Source of the DNA: Myxococcota bacterium
GTDB lineage: Bacteria; Myxococcota_A; Polyangia; Nannocystales; Nannocystaceae
NCBI GenBank assembly: GCA_039028615.1
Contig: JBCCHT010000060.1
Location: 1 to 58,729 of the forward strand
DNA length: 58,729 nucleotides
Direction of reading: 5' to 3'
Part shown: piece after piece, positions 10,193 through 19,107 of the stretch
Layout: every line of letters starts with the position of its first letter
Numbering within the stretch: position 1 is the first letter of the stretch
Program-made: the position numbers and the translations under genes
Notes under the pieces: generated by a model
Databases searched by the model: none
Seen by the model: the letters and a program-made list of their open reading frames with translations, nothing else
Told to the model about the DNA's origin: nothing

Positions 10193-11038
10193 ATGGGCAA
10201 GAACGTGATGACAACTGCGAGGTGGGGCGCAATCTTTGCCGGGCTGACGATCTTCGTCACGGCCAGTGCGGCATGCGATACCGGGGGTTCCACGGACGAC
10301 GACATGTTTACGGGCGGGGGCGGTGCCACGGACGACGGCGGTGGCAACGACGACGGCAGCGGTACCGGGGGTGACGACGCCAACGCCGACGGCTCGGGTG
10401 GGGAAGAGCCCGAGGATCAGGTCACCATCGAGCCCGCGAACATGGTCGACGACCTCGAAGACGGCGACGACGTCATCACCGACTCGGGCGGCCGCGTCGG
10501 CGCCTGGTTCACGTACAACGACGAATCCGCCGGCGGCACGCAGACGCCGACGGGCGAGTTCACCCCCGCCCAGGGTGGCGCAGGCGGCAGCGCGTTCTCG
10601 GCCTCGATGAGCGGCAGCGGCTTCAGCGAGTGGGGCGCGGGCATGGGCTTCGACCTCAACAACCCCGGCGACGACTCGGGCGGCGCGGGCGTCAAGAACC
10701 CCTGGGACGCCAGCGGCTTCACCGGCGTCGCGTTCCGTGCTCGCGGCAACGTGCCCGTGCGCGTGGCCCTGGTCACCCAAGCGATCGTGTCCGAGGAGTT
10801 CGGGGGCAACTGCACGCCGAGCGAGGAAGAGGGCATGATGTGCGACGACGCGCACGGCCAGACCTTCGCGCTCAACGACACCTGGACCCAGTACGTGGTG
10901 CCCTTCTCCAGCGCTCAACAGGGCGGATGGGGCCTCCCGGCGGACTTCGATCCCGCCACCATGACCAGCATTCAGTTCGACGTGGGTGCCGATCTCGATT
11001 TCGAGATCTACATCGACGACATCGGATTCTACCAGTGA
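10193..11038 (+). CDS. Lipoprotein with carbohydrate-binding (CBM11/CIA30-like galactose-binding fold) domain
   Basis: SAAC lipobox, G/D linker, DDLEDG...GAWFTYND...WGAGMGF...WDASGFTGVAFRARG...WTQYVVPFS...FEIYIDDIGF. Confidence 0.72.
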   Translation: MGKNVMTTARWGAIFAGLTIFVTASAACDTGGSTDDDMFTGGGGATDDGGGNDDGSGTGGDDANADGSGGEEPEDQVTIEPANMVDDLEDGDDVITDSGGRVGAWFTYNDESAGGTQTPTGEFTPAQGGAGGSAFSASMSGSGFSEWGAGMGFDLNNPGDDSGGAGVKNPWDASGFTGVAFRARGNVPVRVALVTQAIVSEEFGGNCTPSEEEGMMCDDAHGQTFALNDTWTQYVVPFSSAQQGGWGLPADFDPATMTSIQFDVGADLDFEIYIDDIGFYQ

Positions 11039-11754
11039 GCGTCACCACCCACTCCCCCCTGCTCGCCAGCGCTGCTCTCGCCGCGCTGGCGTGCGCTTGT
11101 AACCCTCTGACCGCCAACGAGCTCAATCGCATCGGTGCGTGTGCGCCCGAGGACATCATCGAGGACGCGGAGAACGGTGACAGCCAAGCCGTGCTCGCCG
11201 CCGGGCGCGGGGGGTACCTGTACACCTTCGTCGACGACAAGGGATCGTCGGTCGAGCCGGGTCCCGAGGCCTTCGCACCATCGCCCGGAGGACCCGCGGA
11301 CTCTCGCTTCATGATCCGCGTGGCGGGAACGCTCGAGGCCGGTGGCGACAACTACGCGGGCGTAGGGCTGAGCTTCACCGATCCCAAGGCGCCCTACGAC
11401 GCGTCGGCGTATCAGGGCATCTCGTTCTTTGCCCGCGCCGAGCCGGGTACCGACCCTCACTTGCGCGTCAAGCTCCCGGACACCGCGACCGACCCCGACG
11501 GTGCGACGTGCAAGGAGTGTTACAACGACTTCGGAGTCGACTTCGCCGTCGACGAAGAGTGGACGCGCTACGTCGTACGGTGGAGCGACCTGAGCCAAAA
11601 CAGCGGCTGGGGCGATCCCCGACCGAGCGGGATCAACACCGCCGCCGTGTACGGGGTGCAGTGGCAAATGAGCACCCCCGGTTCGAATTTCGACATCCAG
11701 ATCGACGACGTGGCGTTCGTCGGCGGGTGTGAGGCACCCGGAAATCCCGGATAA
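11035..11754 (+). CDS. Second CBM11/CIA30-like lipoprotein
   Basis: GTG at 11035 overlaps the upstream TGA; LACAC lipobox; YDASAYQGISFFAR...WTRYVVRWSDL...FDIQIDDVAF; paralogous to the upstream gene. Confidence 0.72.
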   Translation: MSVTTHSPLLASAALAALACACNPLTANELNRIGACAPEDIIEDAENGDSQAVLAAGRGGYLYTFVDDKGSSVEPGPEAFAPSPGGPADSRFMIRVAGTLEAGGDNYAGVGLSFTDPKAPYDASAYQGISFFARAEPGTDPHLRVKLPDTATDPDGATCKECYNDFGVDFAVDEEWTRYVVRWSDLSQNSGWGDPRPSGINTAAVYGVQWQMSTPGSNFDIQIDDVAFVGGCEAPGNPG

Positions 11755-11820
11755 GAAACCGCCATCGGTCGAGTCGAAAACGCGTAGTCACCCATTCGCC
11801 CCGGATGCAACTATGAAGGG

Positions 11821-13281
11821 GTGATGCGAGTAGGTCGAACAGTAGCCATCTCGATGTTGGCGCTCTCCGTCGGCGCCTGTGTCAACGAGGGTGACGGGGG
11901 CAGCGATCCTGGCTTCACGGGCCTCACTGCCAGCGCCAGCGCGAGTAACTCGGCTGGCGACGCGACCGAAGGCGGCGGCACCGGCCAGGGGCCGGGCGGC
12001 ACCGGCGGCACCGGGGACGCCAGCGCTTCGGCCTCGGCGTCTGCGTCGGCTTCTGCCAGTGCGTCCGCGGACGACGGTAGCGACAGCGGACCGCCCGCCG
12101 AGTGTGGTGACCCGCCCAACCCGCCCGCGAACTACGACCTCACCGACAACGTCGCCCCCTCGCAGAGCCCCCCAGGAGGCCTTGCGGCGGAAGATACGCC
12201 GATGTTCGTCACCCTCGGCTGGGACGACAACGCCTACTCGGGCCTCGACGGCAGCGGAGGCGACGGTGGCATGGACTGGGCGGTCGCGCTCGGCTCTCGC
12301 ACCAACCCGGCGGGCTCGGGCAACTCCTCGACCTACGACGGCACGCCGATCTCGATGACGTTTTACATGACGTCGACGTATATCGGCGACTGGATCTCGG
12401 AGAGTCCCACCTACGTCAAGCGCTCCTGGCGAGCGGCCTACGACGGGGGCCACGAGATCGGCGTCCACACCCACAGCCACTCCGATGGCAGCGCCTTCAC
12501 TCCGGTGCAGTGGGCGGACGAGATGAACACCTGCATCGACTGGCTCAGCCGTCCCTACAACCCGGACGAGCCCAACACCGAGCCCGACGCGGCGGCGGGG
12601 ATCGGGGTCCCGCTCGACGAGATCTACGGCTTCCGCACGCCCTTCCTCGCCTACAACGATGCGATGTTGGGCAGCGTCGTCGACAACGGCGGCTTCTGGT
12701 ACGACTGCAGCATCGAAGAGGGCTTCCAGTGGGACCAAGACGGATCCGACTACTTCTGGCCCTACACCCTCGACGAGGGCAGCCCCGGGCACGAGGTCTT
12801 TGTCGGCTGGGATCCCGTCGCCAACCCTCCCATCACGCCGCGACCAGGCCTGTGGGAGCTCCCCGTCTACGCGCTGGTCGTCCCGCCCGACGACGTGGCG
12901 GCCGAGTATGACTTCGAGCCCGGGCTGCGCACGCGACTCAATGCACTGCACAGCTGGTTCGACGTCGAGGGCGGCAAGATCACCGGGTTCGACTACAACC
13001 TATGGGTCACCTTCGCGATGACCAAGGCCGAGTTCCTGGCCACCGTGAAGTACAGCTACGACCTGCGGCTCAACGGTAACCGAGCGCCCTTCATGCTCGG
13101 CACCCATACCGACTACTACAGCCCCAAGTACACCGGCGCGATGGCATCCACCGCGCAAGAGCGTCGAGAAGCCATCGAGGAGTTCCTCGATTACGTCCTC
13201 GAAAGCGAAGACTCTCGAATCGTCAGCGCGAAGGAAATCCTCGATTGGATGCGGGCACCGCAGCCGTTGGGATGCGGGTAA
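11821..13281 (+). CDS. Polysaccharide (chitin) deacetylase-like lipoprotein, CE4/NodB family
   Basis: VGAC lipobox, SA-rich linker, FVTLGWDD, GHEIGVHTHSH, GFRTPFL, YDCS, WPYTLD, GLWELP, NGNRAPF. Confidence 0.85.
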   Translation: MMRVGRTVAISMLALSVGACVNEGDGGSDPGFTGLTASASASNSAGDATEGGGTGQGPGGTGGTGDASASASASASASASASADDGSDSGPPAECGDPPNPPANYDLTDNVAPSQSPPGGLAAEDTPMFVTLGWDDNAYSGLDGSGGDGGMDWAVALGSRTNPAGSGNSSTYDGTPISMTFYMTSTYIGDWISESPTYVKRSWRAAYDGGHEIGVHTHSHSDGSAFTPVQWADEMNTCIDWLSRPYNPDEPNTEPDAAAGIGVPLDEIYGFRTPFLAYNDAMLGSVVDNGGFWYDCSIEEGFQWDQDGSDYFWPYTLDEGSPGHEVFVGWDPVANPPITPRPGLWELPVYALVVPPDDVAAEYDFEPGLRTRLNALHSWFDVEGGKITGFDYNLWVTFAMTKAEFLATVKYSYDLRLNGNRAPFMLGTHTDYYSPKYTGAMASTAQERREAIEEFLDYVLESEDSRIVSAKEILDWMRAPQPLGCG

Positions 13282-13287
13282 GCCACG

Positions 13288-15012
13288 ATGATCATCAACA
13301 ACCAGGCGATTGCCCTCGCCTCGGCCCTGCTCTTCGGGCCCGAGGCTGAGGAGACCACCACCGACACCGCGGCCGCGACCGACGCGGCTCCGGCCGCGAC
13401 CGAGTCCGAGCCCGCCACCGAGCCCGCCGCGCCTCCCGTGGTCGCGGCGGACAACACCGCCGGCAGTGCCGGAGTCGGTGTCGGATCGGCCGCGCACGAC
13501 AGCGGTGGCCCGCTGCACGTGCACCCCGACGACGAGGGTGACGGGCCGCAAGGCAGCGCCCTCCAGCGCCGCGTCGCCACCCGAGGAGGCCGCGAGGAGA
13601 CCAAGCCGCGCAAGAACCAGTTCAGCTTCCACGGCTTCTTCAACGCCCCGATGCGCGTGGGCTCCGGTCGCCGGGAGGATCCCGCCGACAACCAAAAGGA
13701 AGTCACCTTCCACGCTCCGCTGGTCCCCGACGATCAGTACCTCTCCGCCTCGCATACCCGGCACAACAACCGGAGCTGGGCCGAGCTGTACTTCGGCTAC
13801 GGCAGCGAGGTCGCCCGTGGCACGGTCGCGATCGAGGCGTTCAACTTCACCGACGCCGGCTTCAACCAGCAGATCGCCCAGTTCGGCATCGCGCAGGCCT
13901 TCCTGACCGTGAACCCGCCGCTGCGGCGCTCGCCGGTCAAGCTCAACTTCCGCGTCGGCGCCTTCGATGCTCGCTACGGCATGGCGGGCAAGTACGACCT
14001 CGGTGAGTACGAGACCTATCTGTTCGGCCGTACCCGCGCCCTGGGCGAGGTTGCGCGGCTCGAGATCCCCGTCCGCAACTTCACCTTCTGGGCGGAGCAC
14101 GGCATCGGGGCTACGCGGCCCGACCCGAACATCTACAACACCTCGCGCTTCACCCTGCTGCACCACGGCCACCTCGGCGCGGCCTACAAGCAGATGGTGC
14201 AGTTCGGCGTCCACTACATGGGGGCGTACGCGCGAGAGGAAGACCGCGAAGGCGACCTGAACCCGGGTGTCGGCGACGGTGCCATGCACGTCATGGGCCC
14301 CGACTTCCGCCTCGACTTCGGCCGCGGCGGCTACTGGTACGCGGGCTACTCGTATATCGACGCCATCCGGGCGCGCTCGGTGGGTCCTGCGATCGAGGTC
14401 ATCCACTCGCAGGGCGGCGGCAACTTCTCGCTGGGCATCGTCGACAACTACCTCGAGGGCCCCACCAACCAGTCGAACGGCAACGGCGAGATCCACACCG
14501 TGCTGTTCCAGACGGACCACTCGATCCGCAAGCTCATCCAGGGCGACAAGTTCTGGGGCGAGGGCCGCGATGCGACCGTCTCGCTGTACGGCATGGTCAA
14601 CAAGATTCGCAGCGACGATCCCGACGCCAACGGCAACCTGCGCATCAAGTACGGTACCGACGTGGTGGGCTCGCTCATGCCCTGGCTCGCCCTGGCCATG
14701 CGCTACGACCGGGTGCAGCCCAACTCGAGCGTCCCCGAGCAGTCGTTCGCGATCCTCTCGCCGCGGCTGGTGTTCCGCACGGCGTGGATCAGCCGCGAGC
14801 AGATCTCCATCCAGTACTCCCGGTACTTCTACAACCAGCGCGAGTGCGACCCCATGGGCAACCCGCTGCTGTGCGCCCAGGCGCCCGCGGCCGCGGGTGT
14901 TCCCGACGGCCTGGGAGCGACCTCCGAAGACCAAAACGGTGAAGGCCGCGGGGCCCCGATCGCCCCGCCCGATCTCCAGGTCGTGACGCTCAGCGCGTCC
15001 GTCTGGTGGTAG
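13288..15012 (+). CDS. Putative outer-membrane beta-barrel (porin-like) protein
   Basis: N-terminal hydrophobic stretch, A/P/T-rich linker, many amphipathic aromatic-rich beta strands, C-terminal strand VVTLSASVWW. Starts 6 bp after the deacetylase stop. Confidence 0.6.
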   Translation: MIINNQAIALASALLFGPEAEETTTDTAAATDAAPAATESEPATEPAAPPVVAADNTAGSAGVGVGSAAHDSGGPLHVHPDDEGDGPQGSALQRRVATRGGREETKPRKNQFSFHGFFNAPMRVGSGRREDPADNQKEVTFHAPLVPDDQYLSASHTRHNNRSWAELYFGYGSEVARGTVAIEAFNFTDAGFNQQIAQFGIAQAFLTVNPPLRRSPVKLNFRVGAFDARYGMAGKYDLGEYETYLFGRTRALGEVARLEIPVRNFTFWAEHGIGATRPDPNIYNTSRFTLLHHGHLGAAYKQMVQFGVHYMGAYAREEDREGDLNPGVGDGAMHVMGPDFRLDFGRGGYWYAGYSYIDAIRARSVGPAIEVIHSQGGGNFSLGIVDNYLEGPTNQSNGNGEIHTVLFQTDHSIRKLIQGDKFWGEGRDATVSLYGMVNKIRSDDPDANGNLRIKYGTDVVGSLMPWLALAMRYDRVQPNSSVPEQSFAILSPRLVFRTAWISREQISIQYSRYFYNQRECDPMGNPLLCAQAPAAAGVPDGLGATSEDQNGEGRGAPIAPPDLQVVTLSASVWW

Positions 15013-15050
15013 CCGAGACTCGACAACCCCCTCCGAGACACGAGAACACG

Positions 15051-16979
15051 ATGGCGATGAAATATCTGTGGGCAGGGGCCTTGGTGGCCACTGGCGGGAT
15101 GCTTGCGGCCTGCAACGCGGGCACCGATGGCAACGGCGCCTTCAATACCGACGGGCTACCGACCGCGGGGGGCGACGCCACCGACGGCAATACCGACGGG
15201 GTCGATCCCGACGGCACGGCCGGCGACACCGACGGCGGCGGCACCAACCCGGGCGACACGTCGGTCGATCCCGAGCCCATGGAGTGCGGCACCGATGCCG
15301 ACGCGGGTGGCTTCACCTTCGAGCGCGTCTCGACGTGGCTCGGTGACTCGACCGCCGCGTACTCGATGATCCACGACGACATGTGCGGACCGGCGCTGGC
15401 CGGCATCCACGAGCTCGCCGTGCCCGCTCTCAACGAGCGCGGGCTCCCGGCCGCGCTCGGGCCCTTCATCGACGCCTGCGACGAGCACTCGCTGTGGGGC
15501 GAGGTCCAGGCCGCTCAGGCCGCCGGCCACGAGATCGCCAACCACTCGTACTCGCACGCCGAGGTCATCCCCGAGAACGCCCAGTACGAGATCGGAGACG
15601 CCAAGGCGGCCTTCGACGCCAACCTCGACGATCCGGTCAGCTTCTTCGTCTTCCCCTTCGACTTCTTCACCGCCGACACCATCGCGGTGGTGGGCAGCAC
15701 GGGGCATATCGGCGCGCGCGCGGGCAACCGCGACGACAACGACGCCTTCACCAACCCGCCGCTCAACAGCTCGGCGCCTCAGGCCGACCTGGAGATCGAG
15801 TTCGACGTCTGGCCGCGGACCTTCTCCAAGTACTCGATGTACCCGGACAACGACATCCTCGCCGTGCACGTGCACGAGGCGATCGAGGATGGGGCGTGGG
15901 CGGTCCGCGAGTTCCACAGCGTGTCGGCGAGCGAGAACCCGCCGCAGGACGGCTCCGAGGGTTTCGGCCCCGTGCCCATCTCCGTGTACGAAGACCACCT
16001 CGACTTCCTCGTCGAGGGCTGGCACTCGGGCGAGGTCTGGACGGGCAACCCGTCGGACATCATCCGCTACCGCCACGCCCGCGGCACCTGCGTCGCGAGC
16101 CTCTCCGGCAGCACGCTCGAGTGGGACACGAGCAACGCCGAGTGCCAGGAGTTCATGACCCCGCTGACGGTGGTGGTCACGACCGGCAACGACGTCGACA
16201 GCGTCGAGGCCCTCCAGGGCGGTCAGCCCATGCCCACGCGCAAGCTGGGCGCCAACACCTACGCCGTCACCTCCGATCCCTCGGCGGGCGCGGTCGAGCT
16301 GGCCGGGTGCTCCGACGCCGGCCTCGAGCTGTCCGGCGGCCTGCCGCCCAAGCCGACCCCGGCCGAGTCGGTCTGCGACCTCACCTTGGTGGTGGGCTCG
16401 GGTAGCCCCGGGTGCATGGACGACTTCGAGCGTCCCCCCGAGGAGTTCCAGGTCCTGCCCAACCCCTCGCAGTGCGACGGCCGTGACGGCAGCTGGTCGT
16501 GGTACCCGCAGACCGCCGACGTCGAGATGGTCGACGACGGGGGCAACACCGTGCTGCGCTACGCGGGCAACGGCCTCGGCGCCTGGACGGGAGCCACGCT
16601 GGCCTTCCTCGGCGGCAACGGAGCGGGCACCTGCTACGACGCCAGCGCCTACACCGGGCTGCGCTTCCGCATACGCGGGCAGATCACCGGGGGCGACCCG
16701 GCCGGCGGCATGATCGTCAGCTTCGTGACCGCGGAGACCCAGACCCAGGTCTTCGGCGGCGACCTCGAAGGCGAGGGCGGCCACTTCCACTCCATCGTGA
16801 CCCCGAGCGCGGCGTGGACGACGGTCGAGATCCCCTTCTCGAGCCTCAACACTCCCGCGTGGGGTGATTCGGCCGGGTTCACCGAGTTCGCCGACGGCAA
16901 GCTGCAGGTGATCGACTTCGGCATCAGCAACACCGCCACCAGCTTCGAGCTGTTCTTCGACGACATCGAGCTCTACTAG
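15051..16979 (+). CDS. Lipoprotein with CE4 polysaccharide deacetylase domain and C-terminal CBM11-like domain
   Basis: LAAC lipobox; YSMIHDD, GHEIANHSYSH, FVFPF, WAVREFH; C-terminal YDASAYTGLRFRIRG...WTTVEIPFSSL...FELFFDDIELY. Confidence 0.82.
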   Translation: MAMKYLWAGALVATGGMLAACNAGTDGNGAFNTDGLPTAGGDATDGNTDGVDPDGTAGDTDGGGTNPGDTSVDPEPMECGTDADAGGFTFERVSTWLGDSTAAYSMIHDDMCGPALAGIHELAVPALNERGLPAALGPFIDACDEHSLWGEVQAAQAAGHEIANHSYSHAEVIPENAQYEIGDAKAAFDANLDDPVSFFVFPFDFFTADTIAVVGSTGHIGARAGNRDDNDAFTNPPLNSSAPQADLEIEFDVWPRTFSKYSMYPDNDILAVHVHEAIEDGAWAVREFHSVSASENPPQDGSEGFGPVPISVYEDHLDFLVEGWHSGEVWTGNPSDIIRYRHARGTCVASLSGSTLEWDTSNAECQEFMTPLTVVVTTGNDVDSVEALQGGQPMPTRKLGANTYAVTSDPSAGAVELAGCSDAGLELSGGLPPKPTPAESVCDLTLVVGSGSPGCMDDFERPPEEFQVLPNPSQCDGRDGSWSWYPQTADVEMVDDGGNTVLRYAGNGLGAWTGATLAFLGGNGAGTCYDASAYTGLRFRIRGQITGGDPAGGMIVSFVTAETQTQVFGGDLEGEGGHFHSIVTPSAAWTTVEIPFSSLNTPAWGDSAGFTEFADGKLQVIDFGISNTATSFELFFDDIELY

Positions 16980-16998
16980 CGGGAACGGGAGCAGGCCG

Positions 16999-18255
16999 AT
17001 GACGACGCGCTGGTGGTGGCTATGGGTGACGGTGTTGGTAGGGCTCTGGGCCCGGCCCGCGCTGGCGCATCCCACCTCCATCAGTAGCGTCGCCGTCGTG
17101 ACCCAGGGCTCCGCCATGGACGTGGAGCTGCGGCTCCACGCCGATTCCGTCATCGACATGCTCGAGTACCGGACCGGCGCCACCGTGCACCGGGCCAACT
17201 TCGAGACCGAGCAGGACGCGCTGCTGAGCTACCTCGACGGGCGCTTCGAGGTCTACGGCGACGAGCAGCCGTGTCCCCGCAGCAAGACCGCGCCGCTGCA
17301 CTACGACGCGGGCGCCGACCGAGTCCAGGTCCGCGCCGAGTACCAGTGCCCCACCACGCCGCGGAACCTGCGGCTCGAGTCGTGGCTGTTCCGCGACTCC
17401 GACGTGCCCCACCAGATCGTGGCGACCGTCGTCCATCAGCGTGCCTCGGCCCGCTACCTGTTCATCGATGGTGAGACCACCGCGCGCGTCGACCTGGGTC
17501 GTATGCGCCCCGCGGACAACGGAGCCATCCCCTTCATCGGAGGCCGCATGGCCACGCCGCCCTCCGGTGCATTCAGCAAGACTACCTCGAAGACCGAGAC
17601 CGGCGTCGACAACACCTCCACAACATCCATCCTTCCTTCGGCGCCGGTCTCGGTCAGTTCCATTTCCCACAGTCCCTCGACCCCCAGCGATTCCACGACC
17701 GCCAGCACCGGGCTGGCTCGCGATATCTGGCTGGGCGTCATCCACATCCTGGGCGGGCTCGATCACGTGCTCTTCGTGCTCTGCCTGCTCCTGGCCACCA
17801 CCACCCTGCGCAAGCTGGCGGTGGTCATCACCTCGTTCACCATCGCCCACAGCATCACCCTGGTGCTCGGTGCCATGGGGCTCGTGGTGGTCTCTCCCCG
17901 CCTGGTCGAGCCGGTCATCGCCCTGTCGATCGTCTGGGTCGCCATCGAGGGGATCATGCGCAAGGACCCGCAAGCTCGCCCCGCCGCCGCGTTCGGCTTC
18001 GGGCTGGCCCACGGCCTCGGTTTCTGCAGCGTGTTGATGGGCCTGGGCCTGACCGGCGGCGAGCTGGGCATGGCGCTGGTCGGCTTCAACGTCGGCGTCG
18101 AGCTGGGTCAGCTCGCAGTGGTGGTCACCATCTGGCCGCTGTGGATCTGGGCCCAGCGCAACCACCCCGAACTCGCCGCCAAGGGGCGCCGGGTGGTGCA
18201 CGTGTTGGTGGCCCTGGTCGCGACGCTCTGGTTCTTCGAGCGCATCCTGGCCTGA
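16999..18255 (+). CDS. HupE/UreJ family membrane protein
   Basis: Signal peptide ending ALAH; GVIHILGGLDHVLF, TSFTIAHSITL, FGLAHGLGF, GFNVGVELGQ. Confidence 0.88.
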   Translation: MTTRWWWLWVTVLVGLWARPALAHPTSISSVAVVTQGSAMDVELRLHADSVIDMLEYRTGATVHRANFETEQDALLSYLDGRFEVYGDEQPCPRSKTAPLHYDAGADRVQVRAEYQCPTTPRNLRLESWLFRDSDVPHQIVATVVHQRASARYLFIDGETTARVDLGRMRPADNGAIPFIGGRMATPPSGAFSKTTSKTETGVDNTSTTSILPSAPVSVSSISHSPSTPSDSTTASTGLARDIWLGVIHILGGLDHVLFVLCLLLATTTLRKLAVVITSFTIAHSITLVLGAMGLVVVSPRLVEPVIALSIVWVAIEGIMRKDPQARPAAAFGFGLAHGLGFCSVLMGLGLTGGELGMALVGFNVGVELGQLAVVVTIWPLWIWAQRNHPELAAKGRRVVHVLVALVATLWFFERILA

Positions 18256-18273
18256 GCCGCCTCCGCGTGGCGG

Positions 18274-19083
18274 CTAGCGCCTACGCTTCTTCTTGGTTTC
18301 CTTCGCGATGCGCCGCATCAGCGCGGCCTTCTGCTCCTCTTCGATGGCGATCGCGACCGGGTGCCAGGCTGCGCCGCGGGGATGGACCCACCGTGTCGCG
18401 CCCGTCTCGTCGGTGCGCTGGACCGCGATGAACTCGAAGAGGCCGTCCTCGCTCGCGAAGCCGGTATCGGAGAAGCGCTTGAACTCGCCCTTCATCACGT
18501 ACTGCTCGCCGACCTTCAGCTCCACCGCCTCCACGCCTCGCCACGTTTCCTCTTCCCACTCGGGGATCATGAAGGCGTAGTTGACCACCATCATCGAGCG
18601 CTTCTTGCCCTTGATGTCCAGATGGTCGGCGACCCACAGGTGGGGCTGTTTGGCGGGCGGGCAGACCTCTCCGTCGGGGCACACGGGACGCACATAGATC
18701 TCGTTCACCCATGCCTTGACCGTGATCTCGGTGCCCTTTCGTCCGCGCTCGAGCTGAACCGCTCGATCGTTGCGGAGACCGGACACGGACCAGTGCCCGG
18801 CCGCATCGCGCTCGGGAACCTTGCCGAAGCCGAACGGGGGCGGGGGCGGGAGCACGACCTTGGGCGCGTCCTCGGAGGCCGGCGGGTCCCCCAGTGGCTC
18901 GAGCAGCTTCGGCGCGGGCATGGTGAGCTCGCCCAGCTTCGCCGCCACGCCGCCCCGCGCTTGCTTGGCCTCGGGAGCGGGCTTCGGCGCCTCGACCTCG
19001 TCCTCGGATGCGGGCGGAGGCGAACCCGACGACGAACCACCGCAGGCCAGGGCCGTCGCCGCCAAGAGCACCCACCGTCGCAT
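18274..19083 (-). CDS. Hypothetical lipoprotein
   Basis: MRRWVLLAATALACGG lipobox, Pro-rich linker, CPDGEVCPP motif, high-GC3 codon usage. Confidence 0.7.
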   Translation of the reverse strand: MRRWVLLAATALACGGSSSGSPPPASEDEVEAPKPAPEAKQARGGVAAKLGELTMPAPKLLEPLGDPPASEDAPKVVLPPPPPFGFGKVPERDAAGHWSVSGLRNDRAVQLERGRKGTEITVKAWVNEIYVRPVCPDGEVCPPAKQPHLWVADHLDIKGKKRSMMVVNYAFMIPEWEEETWRGVEAVELKVGEQYVMKGEFKRFSDTGFASEDGLFEFIAVQRTDETGATRWVHPRGAAWHPVAIAIEEEQKAALMRRIAKETKKKRRR

Positions 19084-19107
19084 ACCTCGATGGTACGCTA
19101 TCGAGGT
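19084..19107. promoter_or_regulatory. Bidirectional promoter with overlapping -10 hexamers driving two leaderless genes
   Basis: ACCTCGAT-ggtacgct-ATCGAGGT. Plus strand: TG-g-TACGCT (19094-99), 6 nt, GTG. Minus strand: TACCAT (19090-95), 6 nt, ATG. Confidence 0.65.

Noticed and set aside
12018..12069. (SA)n tract as a phase-variable simple sequence repeat
   Set aside because: Codons are heterogeneous, so there is no DNA-level tandem repeat; it is an ordinary low-complexity linker.
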